From Schmidtea polychroa (lineage: Eukaryota): a stretch of 64,000 bases of DNA. The stretch lies in contig CM097885.1 of NCBI GenBank assembly GCA_044892525.1, positions 236,842,001 to 236,906,000 of the forward strand, written 5' to 3'. Under the pieces are notes generated by a model. It was not told where the DNA came from and did no database searches. It worked only from the letters and a program-made list of their open reading frames with translations. Below are positions 1 through 13,880 of this stretch, piece by piece. A program made the translations under genes and the position numbers. Numbering within the stretch: position 1 is the stretch's first letter; every line of letters starts with the position of its first letter.

Positions 1-1430
1 TAGTGCGGTACGAAAAAATGGCCAAACCTATGAAGAACCGTACAATTTCATTCCATAAAATTCATTTAGTTCTTTATAAATTGCATGACAATTCAACAAA
101 TATCTAACTGTCATACAGAAAATAATAGATACGTTAAAATTTGTGGATAGTTAGGGATCCGATTTGTTTCTTAAAAATATATTACCCTGATGTACTGCGA
201 AACGACACTTGGATTAAAAAACGGCTCTTTGACCTAAATCAAAGGAAAAATTAAAATAAATAATAAAAAGTGTTTTAAATAATTCAATTCCTTATTAAAC
301 TATAACATAAGTTACAAAAGTTTCTCTCTGTAAATGTTATTAGGATTTTGTCTTAAAAACAAATTGGTATAAAATAATATTATTTTATTTATAAGTTTTT
401 ACAATATGGTAATATTAGTTGTGCTCTAAAATATATTTATTTTGGAAACAAAAAATTCTTACTTGTGCTCTAACAGGATTAAAAAGATCACGTAATTATT
501 TTAATAGAGCTTTTGTTTAAAATGAGCTATAATTTTAATTAGATGAGATCCTAAAATAGATAATCGAAAGCTTAAATAAATTAAATGAAATCTTAAAATT
601 ATTAATCTTAATACTAAATTAATTTTTTAATATATTTTATAGCTCACTTTTATTTATTTAAGATCACAGGTAATATTACAGCACAACTTAGAAATTTTAG
701 AGCACACTCAATAGCCATCCTTTACAATATATAATTTATTTGTTTTAATGTCACTATTTTATAGTTTTTTTTTAATATAATGACAATATCATTGAAAATA
801 TCGCCGTTAAAAGTTAAAAAACTTTAAAAGAAAAGATAATGATGATTATTACATTAATAATGTATTTTATGAAGGAAAATCTAAGACACAAATTCGCCAG
901 AATTATAAAAAAACCTCAGTTCGACTGTAAATGATATTTGAAAGTCTATTACAGACTCGTAATGATGGATACCACTTAAAATGGTTGGAATGTCAGTCCG
1001 AATCAGATTACAAAATTTTATTAAATTTTCGGGGCTAATATGATTAAACAGCTAGAATAACGCCGGATAATTTAAGTTAACAAATACAATGTTTCGATTC
1101 TCAACCGGTTTTATTTAAAAGGCTTACTACTTTCATTTAAATTATATTTTATCAAATTATTTCATGTAATGTAAAATTGATATTTTTTAAAAATAAACAA
1201 AAATTTTTCATTTTATTTTCATTTTATTAATTACTGACACTGTACTCTTCTTGCCACAAAAATTAATGTTCATGTTTATTTAGAGCATGATATAACAATT
1301 ATTAAAATTAATTAATTAAAATGTTGAAAAGCAAGTTCAAGATTTCCATTAATTTTAATTGTCTTTGATGTATTTTTGTTTTGTATAATAATTTTGTATT
1401 CAATATTAATTAGAGTAAGTAGAAGGTAGT

Positions 1431-2110
1431 TAGTAGCCCCCGCAGCAAGGGGGGTCCCCCAAGGGGGGCTAAACGTTTTTTTGATTACGCAATTGCTGCG
1501 GGGAGCCACTCATATTTTTTTCAATACAAATAGGTAAGGCCTATAGAAAAAAGGCCAAGATTTCTCTGACCATAGTGAGGGGGTCTCCTTGGTCCTTAGA
1601 TTTTCAATACAAAATCCGACTATCACTAAAAAAGCATGGTAATTTAAGGTCTCAGGATATTTTCAATAGAAAAAGGTGGTCTTCAATAAAAAAGCATGGT
1701 AAATTTTTGAATTACAGTAAATTAAGGTCTCGAATTTAAAATTAAAGTAAATTATGGGTCTAAAAATTTAATTACAGTAAATTATGGTTAAAATTTTTGA
1801 AATAAAGTAAATTATGGGTTAAATAAGTTAAATAAGGTTCAAATTTTAAAATTAAAGTAAATTATGGTCTAAAATTTTAAATTAAAGTAATCAATTGGTT
1901 AAATAAGTAAATTAAAGTTCAGATTTATTTGAATTAAATTAAAGTTCAGATTTATTTGAATTAAATTAAAGTTCAAATTTTTCAATTAAAGCAAATTAAG
2001 GTCTAAAATATTAAATTAAAGTAAATTATGGTCAAAAATTTTAAATTAAAGTAAATTATGGTCTAAAATTTTAAATTAAAGTAATAATTTTTAAAAAATT
2101 AAATTAAAGT
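1431..2110. repeat. GC-rich hairpin followed by about 30-bp tandem repeats; possible terminus of another element
   Basis: CCCCGCAGCAA / TTGCTGCGGGG inverted pair (about 1438-1503). AAATTAAAGTAAATTATGGTCTAAAATTTT-like units at about 1700-2110. Confidence 0.55.
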
Positions 2111-2717
2111 AAGATTTTTAAATTTATTAACAAAAAGTTTGAATAACCAGCAGCTTCTGAGAAAAAAGTTTTTAATGGAAATTTTAATGGAATAATTTTC
2201 AAAGACAAAATTAGATGCAATTTTCAATGATAATAATAATAATAATAGTAATGATAATAATAATATTAGTAATAATAATATTTCAACCAAATACTACGCA
2301 ACACATAAAAAATTAACTAAAAAAAAGAACAAAAGCAAAGATAAAAAATTTATTTATTAAGTATTTGCTTATATTATAAGCCTTATAACGTTTGTTTTTT
2401 TAATATTTTTTTAGATAATTTTTGTTTTAATCATTATTTTTTATTTAAAAAAATTCACACATAAAAAATAAAATGAATAGTTTTTATTTATTAACCTTAC
2501 TACTTATTATAGCAGTGTTGGGGTTCAACAAGAGAGGCACAAAAAAATGAGGTGAAAATTGACAAAACACCAAATTCAGAATAAAAATTTAAAGTACAAA
2601 ATATTAATTAAAAATCAAAAATTTTAAAAAATGAATATTTTCTGGGGGAAACTGGTATGGGCGGATGCGAAATAAGGAGACGAGTTCAGCTATAATAAAA
2701 TAAAATCAATGGAGGGT

Positions 2718-4139
<1,422 letters not shown>

Positions 4140-4506
4140 TATGATCAATCAATTTAATTTTTATATTTTGTATATATTCAAATGATAGTTCATAACTGTT
4201 TTCTAAATTCTCCAATCTTTGAGATATTCTTTTTCCTGGATGCTTTGACCATTTTGGTTTATCGAGAATATATAAAATATCCATCAACTTGGCAGTATTC
4301 GGACAAACACATATTGATTTATTAAAAGACTCTACTGTTATTGTTGTATTGTGTGAGCACACACTCGTTATAATAATTAGCAATATGAATATAGTTTTCA
4401 TGGTGTATCAAATCAAATCCTTTCTTTTACATTTATAGTCTATCAACCAATCAAAATCATACGGTATTAGTATAAATAAAACATCATATTTTAAATTATT
4501 GTAAAA

Positions 4507-5021
4507 ATGTCTCATTTTATGGAAAATCTTTTAAGAGAACTCGTCAACAAGAATATTATGGAAAGCCTCTGTTTCCTGGTCGATCGGACCGAAAAGATCA
4601 TAGAAGGTAATCACATTGATTATGATGATGTGATCAATTCCGATTGTCTCGAAACCAAAAAATTCTATTTTAATAGGATTTTTAACTACCTATGCGACGA
4701 GGAGATGAAGTGGACCCGAATACTAGTAGGGTTCGCTTATATGAAGATAATAATTGAAAAAAGTCTATGGGACTCCGAGCACTATTATCAGTGGTCTCAA
4801 GAAGTAATACTTTTATAATCTATATTTTATTAATATTTATTTTCTAGATAATCAAGTCAAAGTTTCAGCCATGGATTGAAGCCAATGGCGGATGGGGCGT
4901 ACTCAATCAACTCGCCAGAAATGCAAAAGAAATAGACGATCAGAAAAGAAAATTTAAAAACTATATTAAACTTGCAACAGGTGTTGCTATTTTGTATGTT
5001 TTATGTCGGTTTTTTAAATAA
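4507..5021 (+). CDS. Bcl-2 family protein, two exons (4507-4803, 4848-5021), 156 aa
   Basis: BH1-like MKWTRILVGFAY. Removing the 44-nt GT..AG intron 4804-4847 adds BH2 WIEANGGW and the tail anchor LATGVAILYVLCRFFK, then a stop. TATAAAT at 4471. Confidence 0.85.
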
Positions 5022-5098
5022 AAATTAATATAGTTATTTTGTTTGATTTTTAAATAAAATTTTAAATAAATTTACAAACACTAATTAACTAAAATTTA

Positions 5099-8000
5099 TT
5101 AATTAACACATTCACAGTCTTCATCTCCACATTTCATTATATTTTCAACGACATGATCAATACAATCATTCGTAATTGAATCTTTTTCCAAATGTGCCGC
5201 AATCAGATCGTTATCGATTCTTATAGACTTTCTGAAAGTCGGCTTTGAGGAGTATACTATCATCTTTTCGGATGAATTACACAACCTCAAATTCATTCGT
5301 TTTTTCAGATTTTCAACGGATTTACCGTACAGACTGTTATTATACAATTTAAACAAGTCCCTATATATCTCGCTAGTAGACTGAGATCGTAAAGTGGTGT
5401 TGGTGTCTATGTAGGATTTAAAGATAGGTCCTTGTTTAAACTTTATACATCTATGAATATTTACAACAACCGCACCTAATTCTATATACAATTTGAGAAG
5501 CCTCCAATGAAGAACATAGTTCCTCTTTGGCCAATGCGTAAGCATAAGCTTCTCAACTTTTGAATTAGGCGGGCACAACTTTTCCGGCACAAGCGGAAAA
5601 TCATTCAAAAAGTCATGCACACATTCCGGAATATCGATATCGACCTCCATAGTATACCCATATGGAAGGTTATCAATATCCGTGTTCATACATTCAAATA
5701 AAACATCATTCATGTTATCATTCACCCAAGAAAAATCACCATACGGAAGATTTTGGCTAAGAGCCCAACCATACAGATTATTTATATCAATGTACAATAA
5801 TTCTGTATCATCTGAAGTAGCCGTGTAATGTTTGTTAACAAATGTTAACCCATCCCGGATACCTCCCTCATAGAAATTATACATTTCCATGTCCTGCAAA
5901 AGTTCTATGGGTTCCGTTAATGTCATAAGCGCTGAGGCCCATGACATACCGGGAATCCCATAGAAATTAAGAGGATCCAGACCATTGTAAGCAATTGCCT
6001 TACTGCGGAATTGCTGAAAATAGTCTGCGAGGAGGTATACGTCCAATTTTAGGTAGATTAACATATAATCTGACAAATTATTACAGTTATGCTGACTCCA
6101 CATTAGTTGAGCCTCAGCGTACTGATCTTCCGTAACATCAGACCAAATAGGAGGTAATTCTAAAGTCGATTCAAGAACATCCAAAGAAGTAGCGAAATTA
6201 TATGGAAAGATACCTTTAGAGTGAATCATCGACCCTTGAAAGACAGACGAAGTTAACGGAAAAGTAGTTAAGGTTTTCACAGCTTTGGCTAAAGAACAAT
6301 TAACAAATTGCATGCTGTCAATAAAACGAACAGGCAATTTGTTAATATATGCAATTAAAGATATAAATTTTTCTGTAGAGGTAGGTATAATATTAAGTTC
6401 CCAAAGGGGAAAATCACTGAGACCATGTTTTAAAATATGGTGGAGGTCATAGCCTCGTAAATTATGAAAGACAACAGGTAACAATTTATTAATCCTGCGA
6501 GAGACATTACATTTCCTACATGCCGCTCCGACATATCTACCTGTAAAATGGCAATGATCTCTCACAGGATTAATAATAGCTTTTTTACACAAATAACAAA
6601 TAGTGGTAGATCGAAAGGCACGCTCCTGAGCAAAAGACAAAGTAGACATACCTTTATGACCTTCGAGTTCATAATATGGCAGGACAATTGTGACAGCAAT
6701 TTCCTCCACTTTCCTCAAAAAATCCAAAATACAATTAGGTCCAAAAAAATAATAATAAAATTTAGTGTTTGTATAATTATTAATTAATAAAAGACCTGCT
6801 GATATGGGTAAATGTATTTGATGATATGTTTCATGTTCTGGTAAAACCGATTCAAAATCGGCATAAATTACGAAGGGAGGTGTAACGGTTTTTGCGTAAT
6901 CTGTGAATAATAAATCCTTATTTTTAGGAAGTGTATACAAGGTTGTGCCAGTCTGATTTTTACAACATAGAGCAACATGCTGATCGAAAGCATTCTTATA
7001 TCTAAAGCCATTTAAACAATGTGGGCACCAGTTACACCTTATTTGAACGTTAACATTTTCATTTAAATGACAATTCATTAATTTGTCCAAGTCTGTCACG
7101 GCCGTATAATGATATTTATCTTTATCACTCAAAAGTAATAAATAAATTGGCCTACCATCTATAACCTTGGAGCGATGTATGATATTAAGATGAGGGTGGT
7201 GAGCTACATAATCCTGAGAAATATCACAATCAGAACTGGCTGGATTATACGAAAGAACGTTTATGCTCAAGTTTAAATCGCGATTTTTCCTTTCAAATTT
7301 GGGAATGTTGCATAGCCTCATCGGGCAATCTGTGTTTTCATCATAATTTAATAGAGGTAAAAATTCTATATATTTGGCGGCTCTTTGGTGATTACGACCT
7401 ATTTCTTCTCTTTTTAAAAGTGCAAGAATGCTATATAAGAAACACTTATGGTCGTTGTTTTTTACATTAATTATTGCATGTTTTAATTTTAATGCTGATG
7501 GGGTTTTTATATAGCTATGTCCGGATAATCTACTAACGGGTGCGTATTTCGTTAAAATAAAATCTATCTCTAAAATATTCATTACGCGCCACCCGCTTCC
7601 TAAATAGGTGAATTGCTCAATCTTTTCATTTAATTTGCTCACCCCTCGTTTATAAAGTTTGATGTAAAAACTTGAGCATTGTTTGAAAAATAATTATCCC
7701 GGATCTCCCCATCTTTTTCAAATTTAATTAAAATTGTAAATTGAATTTTTACATTGCCCATCTTTTCTATTTCCTCTATTAATCTTTCTTCAATTTTTGA
7801 TGTTAGGGCTATTTTTACTAAGTTTTGATTTCTAATATCAAATTTTAAGGTTTTTCGCGATCCGTTCAAATCGGATTCTACCATAGGTTCAAACAAAGAG
7901 CCGCCTATTTGACATATGTTGAAAGACGTTGAAGCTACACATTCATCATTGATGACTATCACTTCTTGTTGTGTAATGGGTGCGTGTTGTGTAATGGGTG

Positions 8001-8596
8001 CGTGTTGTGTGAAAGATGTTGAAGCTACACATTCATCTTTGCTGATGACTATCACTTCAGGTCGCGATAATTTATTCGGAATAAAATTTTTAATTAAACC
8101 AGCAGGTCTTTTAATAGAATCTTTTTTAATAATATTTATAGTATCTTTTTTAATAGTATCTTTTTTAATAGTATCTGTTTTTTCTTTTATAATATTTTTT
8201 TTAATATTTTTTAAATCTTTTTTAATATCTTTTTTAATATCATCTTTTTTAATAATATTTTTTTGATTTTTTTGTAAATTTTTTTTATTTATTTTTTTAT
8301 TTATTTTTTTAAATAAAACATTTTTTGAAATCGAAAATTGCCCTAAGTGACTATGATGTTTATTAAAAAAGGTCATATATTTTATTTTTTCGCTAGTCAC
8401 GCATTTGGGACATATAAAAAAGTTGACTGAATTAAATGTTTTCCTATAATATTTTTTCATTGTTCGGTGACACTGTTCGTTATGCCCAATTGAGGATTGA
8501 CAATAATTTGGGTATAGTCTACCTGTTAAATAATAAAATTAAAGTTTTATTCTATATAGAAAACTATTTATTACATCTATAAGAAGTTATCATCAT
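5099..8596 (-). pseudogene. Protein-primed family B DNA polymerase with Endonuclease VII-like insertion; frameshifted at about 7640 and C-terminally truncated
   Basis: GSGW, ExoI YADFES, ExoII FHNLRGYD, EndoVII-like CYLC..RDHCHFTG..CRKCN, motif A YIDINNLYG and motif B KLYNNSLYGK are present; motif C YxDTDS is absent. ORF 7639-8460 joins in frame if one G is added at about 7642. A possible leader exon 8575-8596 joins via intron 8523-8574. Confidence 0.92.
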
Positions 8597-8649
8597 TTGT
8601 TATATAATTCAAATGAACTATATAACAAATGATGATAAATCCTTATAGA
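8576..8649. other. 31-bp-arm palindrome over the predicted PolB start
   Basis: 8576-8606 and 8619-8649 are reverse complements with 2 mismatches. Confidence 0.8.
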
Positions 8650-8723
8650 AAATAGGTTAATATATTTGAGAGAATATGTTAAATATTAGAGTGACTATAG
8701 TATATACGTCAGATTATTATTTA

Positions 8724-8792
<69 letters not shown>

Positions 8793-8881
8793 AAAGAGAA
8801 GTAGCTGCATGCTCACTGCAGACTACTATGTAGCTGCATGCTTACTGCAAACTACTGTATACGGGGTTTGATTATTATTTA

Positions 8882-8951
<70 letters not shown>

Positions 8952-9074
8952 TTAACTACTGTAGATGCACATTGCAAACTACAAGAATTATTTTATAACT
9001 ATAGTTTCGTAATCACTTTTTTAAATATTTTTATATTAATTTCATTATTTTCAGAAACGTAGTATTTACTTCAT

Positions 9075-9545
9075 AAATTCCTAATTTTCATCATAAATCA
9101 TTTTCATCATAAATTTATAATTTTCGTCATATTTATTTTCAACATAATTTTCATCATATAATCATAAATTTATAATTTTCGTCATATTTATTTTCAACAT
9201 AATTTTCATCATATAATCATAAATTCATAATTTTCGTCATATTTTCATCATTTTCTTCATAAATCATAAATCATTTTCATCATAAATTCATAATTTTCGC
9301 CATTTTCTTCATAATTTCATAATTTTCGCCATTTTCATCATCATATATTCGTCATATAATTATTTTCAACATAATTTTCTTCATAAATCATTTTCATCAT
9401 ATATTCGTCATATAATTATTTTCAACATAATTTTCAACATAAATTTATAATTTTCGCCATTTTCTTCATAAATCATTTTCATCATAATTTTGGTTATAAA
9501 TCATTTTCTTCATAAATCATTTTCTTCATAAATTCATCATAAGTT
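9075..9545. repeat. Degenerate minisatellite (ATTTTCATCATAAATC-like) inside the Maverick
   Basis: Repeated attttcatcat/attttcttcat/attttcgtcat units, bracketed by a 39-bp inverted repeat at 9014-9052 and 9564-9602. Confidence 0.8.
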
Positions 9546-9591
9546 AATTATAAAAGTTTTTAAGAAAATAATGAAATTAATATGAAAATAT

Positions 9592-10370
9592 TTAAAAAAG
9601 TGCTTATAAAATTTAAAAGAAATATAAAAATATATAAAAATAAATAACTCTTACATTGCGATTCCATATCGGAATCAGAGTCCTCCTCAATAGAAACGAC
9701 ATTCCTTTCGTCCACCTCCTCAATAGAAACGACATTCATTTCGTCCACCTCCTCAATAGAAGCGAGGGCATTCATTTCGTCCACCTCCTCAATAGAAGTG
9801 AGGGTATTATCTGAATCATTTATTTCATCAACTTCCTCGGCATCAATATCAACATTAAACGCTAAAAAATAAAATTTTTAAAAATAAAATACTAAAGTAA
9901 AATAAATTTACTTTTTTCTTTGAAACCCTTGTTTTGCCCAACATCATTAACTGGGGCATCATTTTGTTCAATAAAAACGACATCATCGTCGTCATCGCTA
10001 ATAATAATAATAGGATCTAAAATATATAAAATTAATTTTAATAAAAATTAAAATGATAAATTTACCGATGATATTTTCCATATTTAAAATCGATTCATCT
10101 TCTGCAGTAATTTCTCCATTAAATATTAAATCTTCATCATCGCTAATAATAATAATAGGTTCTAAAATATATATAAAATTAATTTTAATAAAAATTAAAA
10201 TGATAAATTTACCGAAAATCCGATCCACGTTCAATATTGATTCGTCTTCGGTAACTGCGAACCAGTCGAAAGTATCTAAATAAAATAGAATAAAAATAGA
10301 ATAAAAATAATAATAATTTACCATTAGTCAAAAGACCTCTCAACACTCGATTATTATCGTTCTTTTCCAT
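9592..10370 (-). CDS. Six-exon acidic accessory protein with SIM-like motifs (about 176 aa, predicted)
   Basis: Five phase-1 GT..AG introns (10276-10321, 10162-10212, 10017-10065, 9862-9911, 9603-9654) give a continuous frame: MEKNDNNRVLRG...PIIIISDDED...PIIIISDDDDDVVFIE...(SIEEVDE)x3. TATA at about 10447 and CCAAT at 10480 upstream. The last exon is tentative. Confidence 0.7.
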
Positions 10371-10752
10371 TTTAGAATATTAATCAAATAGATTTTGAAA
10401 TTTCAAAATTTTAAAATAATTGTGACAAATTTTAGATTTGTCAATGTTTATAAAGAGAATGAATATTTTCCTGTCCCAGCCAATCAGAATATAGACACAC
10501 ACACATATACACCTAATATTTTACTCTCTCAACCAATCACACGCATGCATGTATGTAATGTAAATCATTCAAATTACATGTGACTGCCTTTGTTAGTCAT
10601 GTCTTTGTTAACTTGCACTGTGCATGCTTCAGGCAAAGGCAGTCTTTATGTTACAAATAATAATATTTATTTGAATAATAATAAAATTAATTAAAAATAA
10701 TAATATTTTTCACAATAATAATAATATTAATAATAATAATATTAATAATAAT

Positions 10753-10801
<49 letters not shown>

Positions 10802-10883
10802 TTAATAATAATATTAATAATCACAACAACAACAAAGGAAAGGATACATTTATTAAACATCAAATTTATTAAACATTTTTTCT

Positions 10884-11270
10884 TTAAACATCAAATTTTT
10901 TGTACAATAACCAAGCTAAACAATGTTGACCACATGTTTGGGTCAAGGGATTTTGAAACATAGTTTTATTATACACAATAGGTTTCCCCATTGTTTGTAG
11001 TTTTGATATCAACAAAGCCGGGTAATAAAAACCCACAGGATCGAACACGAATATATTACCAGGTTTCATATATATAGCTATCCAATGTTCTCCACCGAGA
11101 TGAGACGATTGAGTATTGACGATTATTGCTTGATTATTGCTCAAATATGGAATTTTATCAAGAGGAAAAACTCCAACAAATTCATTTTCCAATATCTGTT
11201 TTCCGATTTTATTGACCTGAACAGAACTACTTAAATAAATCCAGAGTATAAAAAACAACTTACTCCATGA
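10884..11270 (-). CDS. Adenain-like cysteine protease (virion maturation protease)
   Basis: GVFPLD, IIVNT..GEHWIAI, FDPVG, Q..TCGQHC (His/Asp/Gln/Cys set). True start uncertain; it lies downstream of the MCP stop. Confidence 0.88.
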   Translation of the reverse strand, partial: SWSKLFFILWIYLSSSVQVNKIGKQILENEFVGVFPLDKIPYLSNNQAIIVNTQSSHLGGEHWIAIYMKPGNIFVFDPVGFYYPALLISKLQTMGKPIVYNKTMFQNPLTQTCGQHCLAWLLYKKFDV

Positions 11271-11295
11271 CAACTTTTTGTGTTTCAATATACAT

Positions 11296-12518
11296 TTATA
11301 CCAACACAGTTCTATTTGCAGTAATTTGAACTTCATTTTCAAATACTCCATATATTATAACATGTACTGGTTCAGTAATAGCTTTTGCAAACTTTATATC
11401 CAGTCGTAAATTTCCATTTTGAGGTAATTGACTTTGATTTAAATCAAAATCAGGGGCTAAAACAAATGTAAAAAATGGGTATTTGCTTTAAAATCTTCTA
11501 GAGTTATTCCGCAATTCAAATTTTTATCTAAATAACCCAGATTTCTAACAATACTCTGCATATATGTCGCACAGAAATTGTCATTCTCGAAATCTTGAAT
11601 ATATGTTTCTCTATAATCAGTATTTTTCGACAAAGTCAATGAAGTAACATTAAAGTTTTTGAAAATTGAGCTGGACGCAGTATATGATCCATTATATTGT
11701 GCTTCACTTTGAAATGTTATCAGAATAAAATTAGGCATTCTTCTGTCACCAAATATTTGTTCTTTATAGAATGATGAAGCACCTTTAGCAATAGCAAATT
11801 GTACAATTTCCTTTGTTTTTAATGGATAAATTGCATGTTTTGAATTAAGACCCAATTGATGACCTGCTAATACTGAGGGGTCTACTCGTACTCTTCTCAC
11901 CAATAATTTTGCATCAACTAATTGACATATTGGTGCACCTGTAGCACTAGTAAGAGTTAATGCAGAATCGGATCTTTTCAATCGAATGTGGACATTAACT
12001 CCTGGAAGCAAATATTTCGGTTGATCCATAAAATCGAGTTGTAACGATGAACACATGGTGAATGTTTTTGAGCCTTTAATCCACTTTTTTCATTCATCGT
12101 CGGTTGCAGCATATCCCATTGAAGTAAGACATGTATTTTTAGTATCGGAATTGTAATTTAAAATAGTTTCTATCAAAGCCTTGTGAATGAATGTATTATT
12201 ACCACCTTCAATCTTGATATTATTAAATCCCAACACAGCATCTTTAAAAAGAGTATGAAACATGAAATTGTTCGGTATTGCATCAGCAGCATCACCCAAA
12301 GCTTTTTTATCTTTATCTATAACCTTGATCTGAACAGTCAATAAAGTATCGTTCAAATCTAAATATTCATTTTGCGAACCATTAATATAAAACTCTATAT
12401 CATTTCTACTATCAGTAATTGAATTCATTGGAAAAACTTCCTCAAACGCCCCAAATTCTATTACAGCCTGGGGCGACGGTCTATCAAATATACATAATTC
12501 AGATTTACCACAAATCAT
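11296..12518 (-). pseudogene. Major capsid protein (double jelly-roll, Polinton PY) with a nonsense codon and a frameshift
   Basis: N-terminal KSELCIF..P.Q..IE and IEFYING..YLDL. In-frame TGA at 12090-12092. Frameshift at about 11488 before the C-terminal FVLAPD..GNLRLDIKFAKAITEPVHVIIYGVFEN. Confidence 0.88.
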
Positions 12519-12883
12519 TTTGCAAATATAGTTCCATGGCCTTTCATTCGTTTGTTTATACGTGATATTCCATGTCTTTTACGTTTTGGAGCATGAGCTG
12601 GAGCTGGAGGTTTTTCTTTTTGAAACATACCTGCAACCCCGGGTAAAACTTTCCCTAATTCTGCTAAAGCATTTGATTTTAGAGATGGTAATATTTTCTG
12701 TTCATTCATAATAACATCTTTAGCAGTTTTCATACCAAAACTACCAATACGTTTAAGAATAGGAAGTGCAAATCTACCAATTGTTCTCAACCATCCTGAT
12801 CCGTACTGTTTACCAATAAAATATGGTAATTCACCGCCAGATTGGCTACCACTATACATACTTATAATATCCGAATTAGCCAT
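12515..12883 (-). CDS. Conserved Polinton virion/core protein with QxGxG motifs and an amphipathic helix
   Basis: YSGSQSGGELPYFIGKQYGSGWLRTIGRFALPILKRIG with a basic tail. Located between penton and MCP with overlapping stop/start. Confidence 0.75.
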   Translation of the reverse strand: MANSDIISMYSGSQSGGELPYFIGKQYGSGWLRTIGRFALPILKRIGSFGMKTAKDVIMNEQKILPSLKSNALAELGKVLPGVAGMFQKEKPPAPAHAPKRKRHGISRINKRMKGHGTIFAK

Positions 12884-13880
12884 CTACTTTTCGAAAATGT
12901 AATGTTAAATGAGTTTTTGAATCTTTTGGAAATGCGATTAATTTACCAGAATCATCACGTATATTTATTTCTATATTGTTTATACATGAGGTTGACACAG
13001 GTAAATACATGGGATTATCGATATTTATATTGACTACTTCATCATGTTCATATTTTTCAATCCAAACAGATTTCAGGAGTGGGACCAAAGAATCGCCAAC
13101 AATTACAGGATCAACAATATTACTATAGATGAACATTTGTTGGTGAAGTTTAATTATTTTCGGAGCTAGGGTACCTTGATCATCTTGAGCATATGTTGCT
13201 TTTGATAATCCTAATGTTTTTATTAGATTTGCATCAAAAGTAATTTCAGTAAATTCGGGATTCAAACTGAATTTGAATCTGTCTGATATTTCCAATGATT
13301 TAAATAAACCACTTTGTTTTAAATATGTCTGTAATTCATCCAATTTCGAAATGTATAAATTATCTTTGAACTCAAATGTACCAGACGTTATACCCGGATA
13401 TGAAACTGTAAATAAAATTGGTTCAAATCGCTGTACAGTTTTGGAATATCCCGGTCGTAGCACAGTGAATTTATCGGAAAGAACTTTATGACTTTGGGTT
13501 TTTAATTCCAATCGTTTTGCCATTTCCAAACTATCAAATTTTACAGTAAAAGGATAATGTTTACATTCAACTACTATATATGGATGGTTAATATACATTT
13601 TCACAGCTGGATCAGTTGAATTAGACAACCGAACTTCATCATCTGCATTATCAATGATCTTAGACAATAATCTATCCTGCCACTCATTCTTTTTGTATCC
13701 AATTTTAGCCTTACTATAAAATGGAAAGGCTTGGTATACAAATGTAAAATCCAACAGAGCAACTTCCCAGCTATTATCCAAATATATCGGATTTTGAAGA
13801 TTGACCCTGAATTTGCTGGCTTTATTATCTGGATGAATAAGTGGACAGCTATTGCTAGGTAAAATAATATAAAAATTCAT
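12876..13880 (-). CDS. Minor capsid (penton) protein, Polinton PX
   Basis: MNFYIILPSNS..PDN...F...L...WEVAL at the N-terminus. MFIYSNIVDPVIVGDSLVPLL..Y.PV..IEINIRDDSG..LHFRK at the C-terminus. ATG overlaps the integrase TGA. Confidence 0.88.
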   Translation of the reverse strand: MNFYIILPSNSCPLIHPDNKASKFRVNLQNPIYLDNSWEVALLDFTFVYQAFPFYSKAKIGYKKNEWQDRLLSKIIDNADDEVRLSNSTDPAVKMYINHPYIVVECKHYPFTVKFDSLEMAKRLELKTQSHKVLSDKFTVLRPGYSKTVQRFEPILFTVSYPGITSGTFEFKDNLYISKLDELQTYLKQSGLFKSLEISDRFKFSLNPEFTEITFDANLIKTLGLSKATYAQDDQGTLAPKIIKLHQQMFIYSNIVDPVIVGDSLVPLLKSVWIEKYEHDEVVNINIDNPMYLPVSTSCINNIEINIRDDSGKLIAFPKDSKTHLTLHFRKVDG

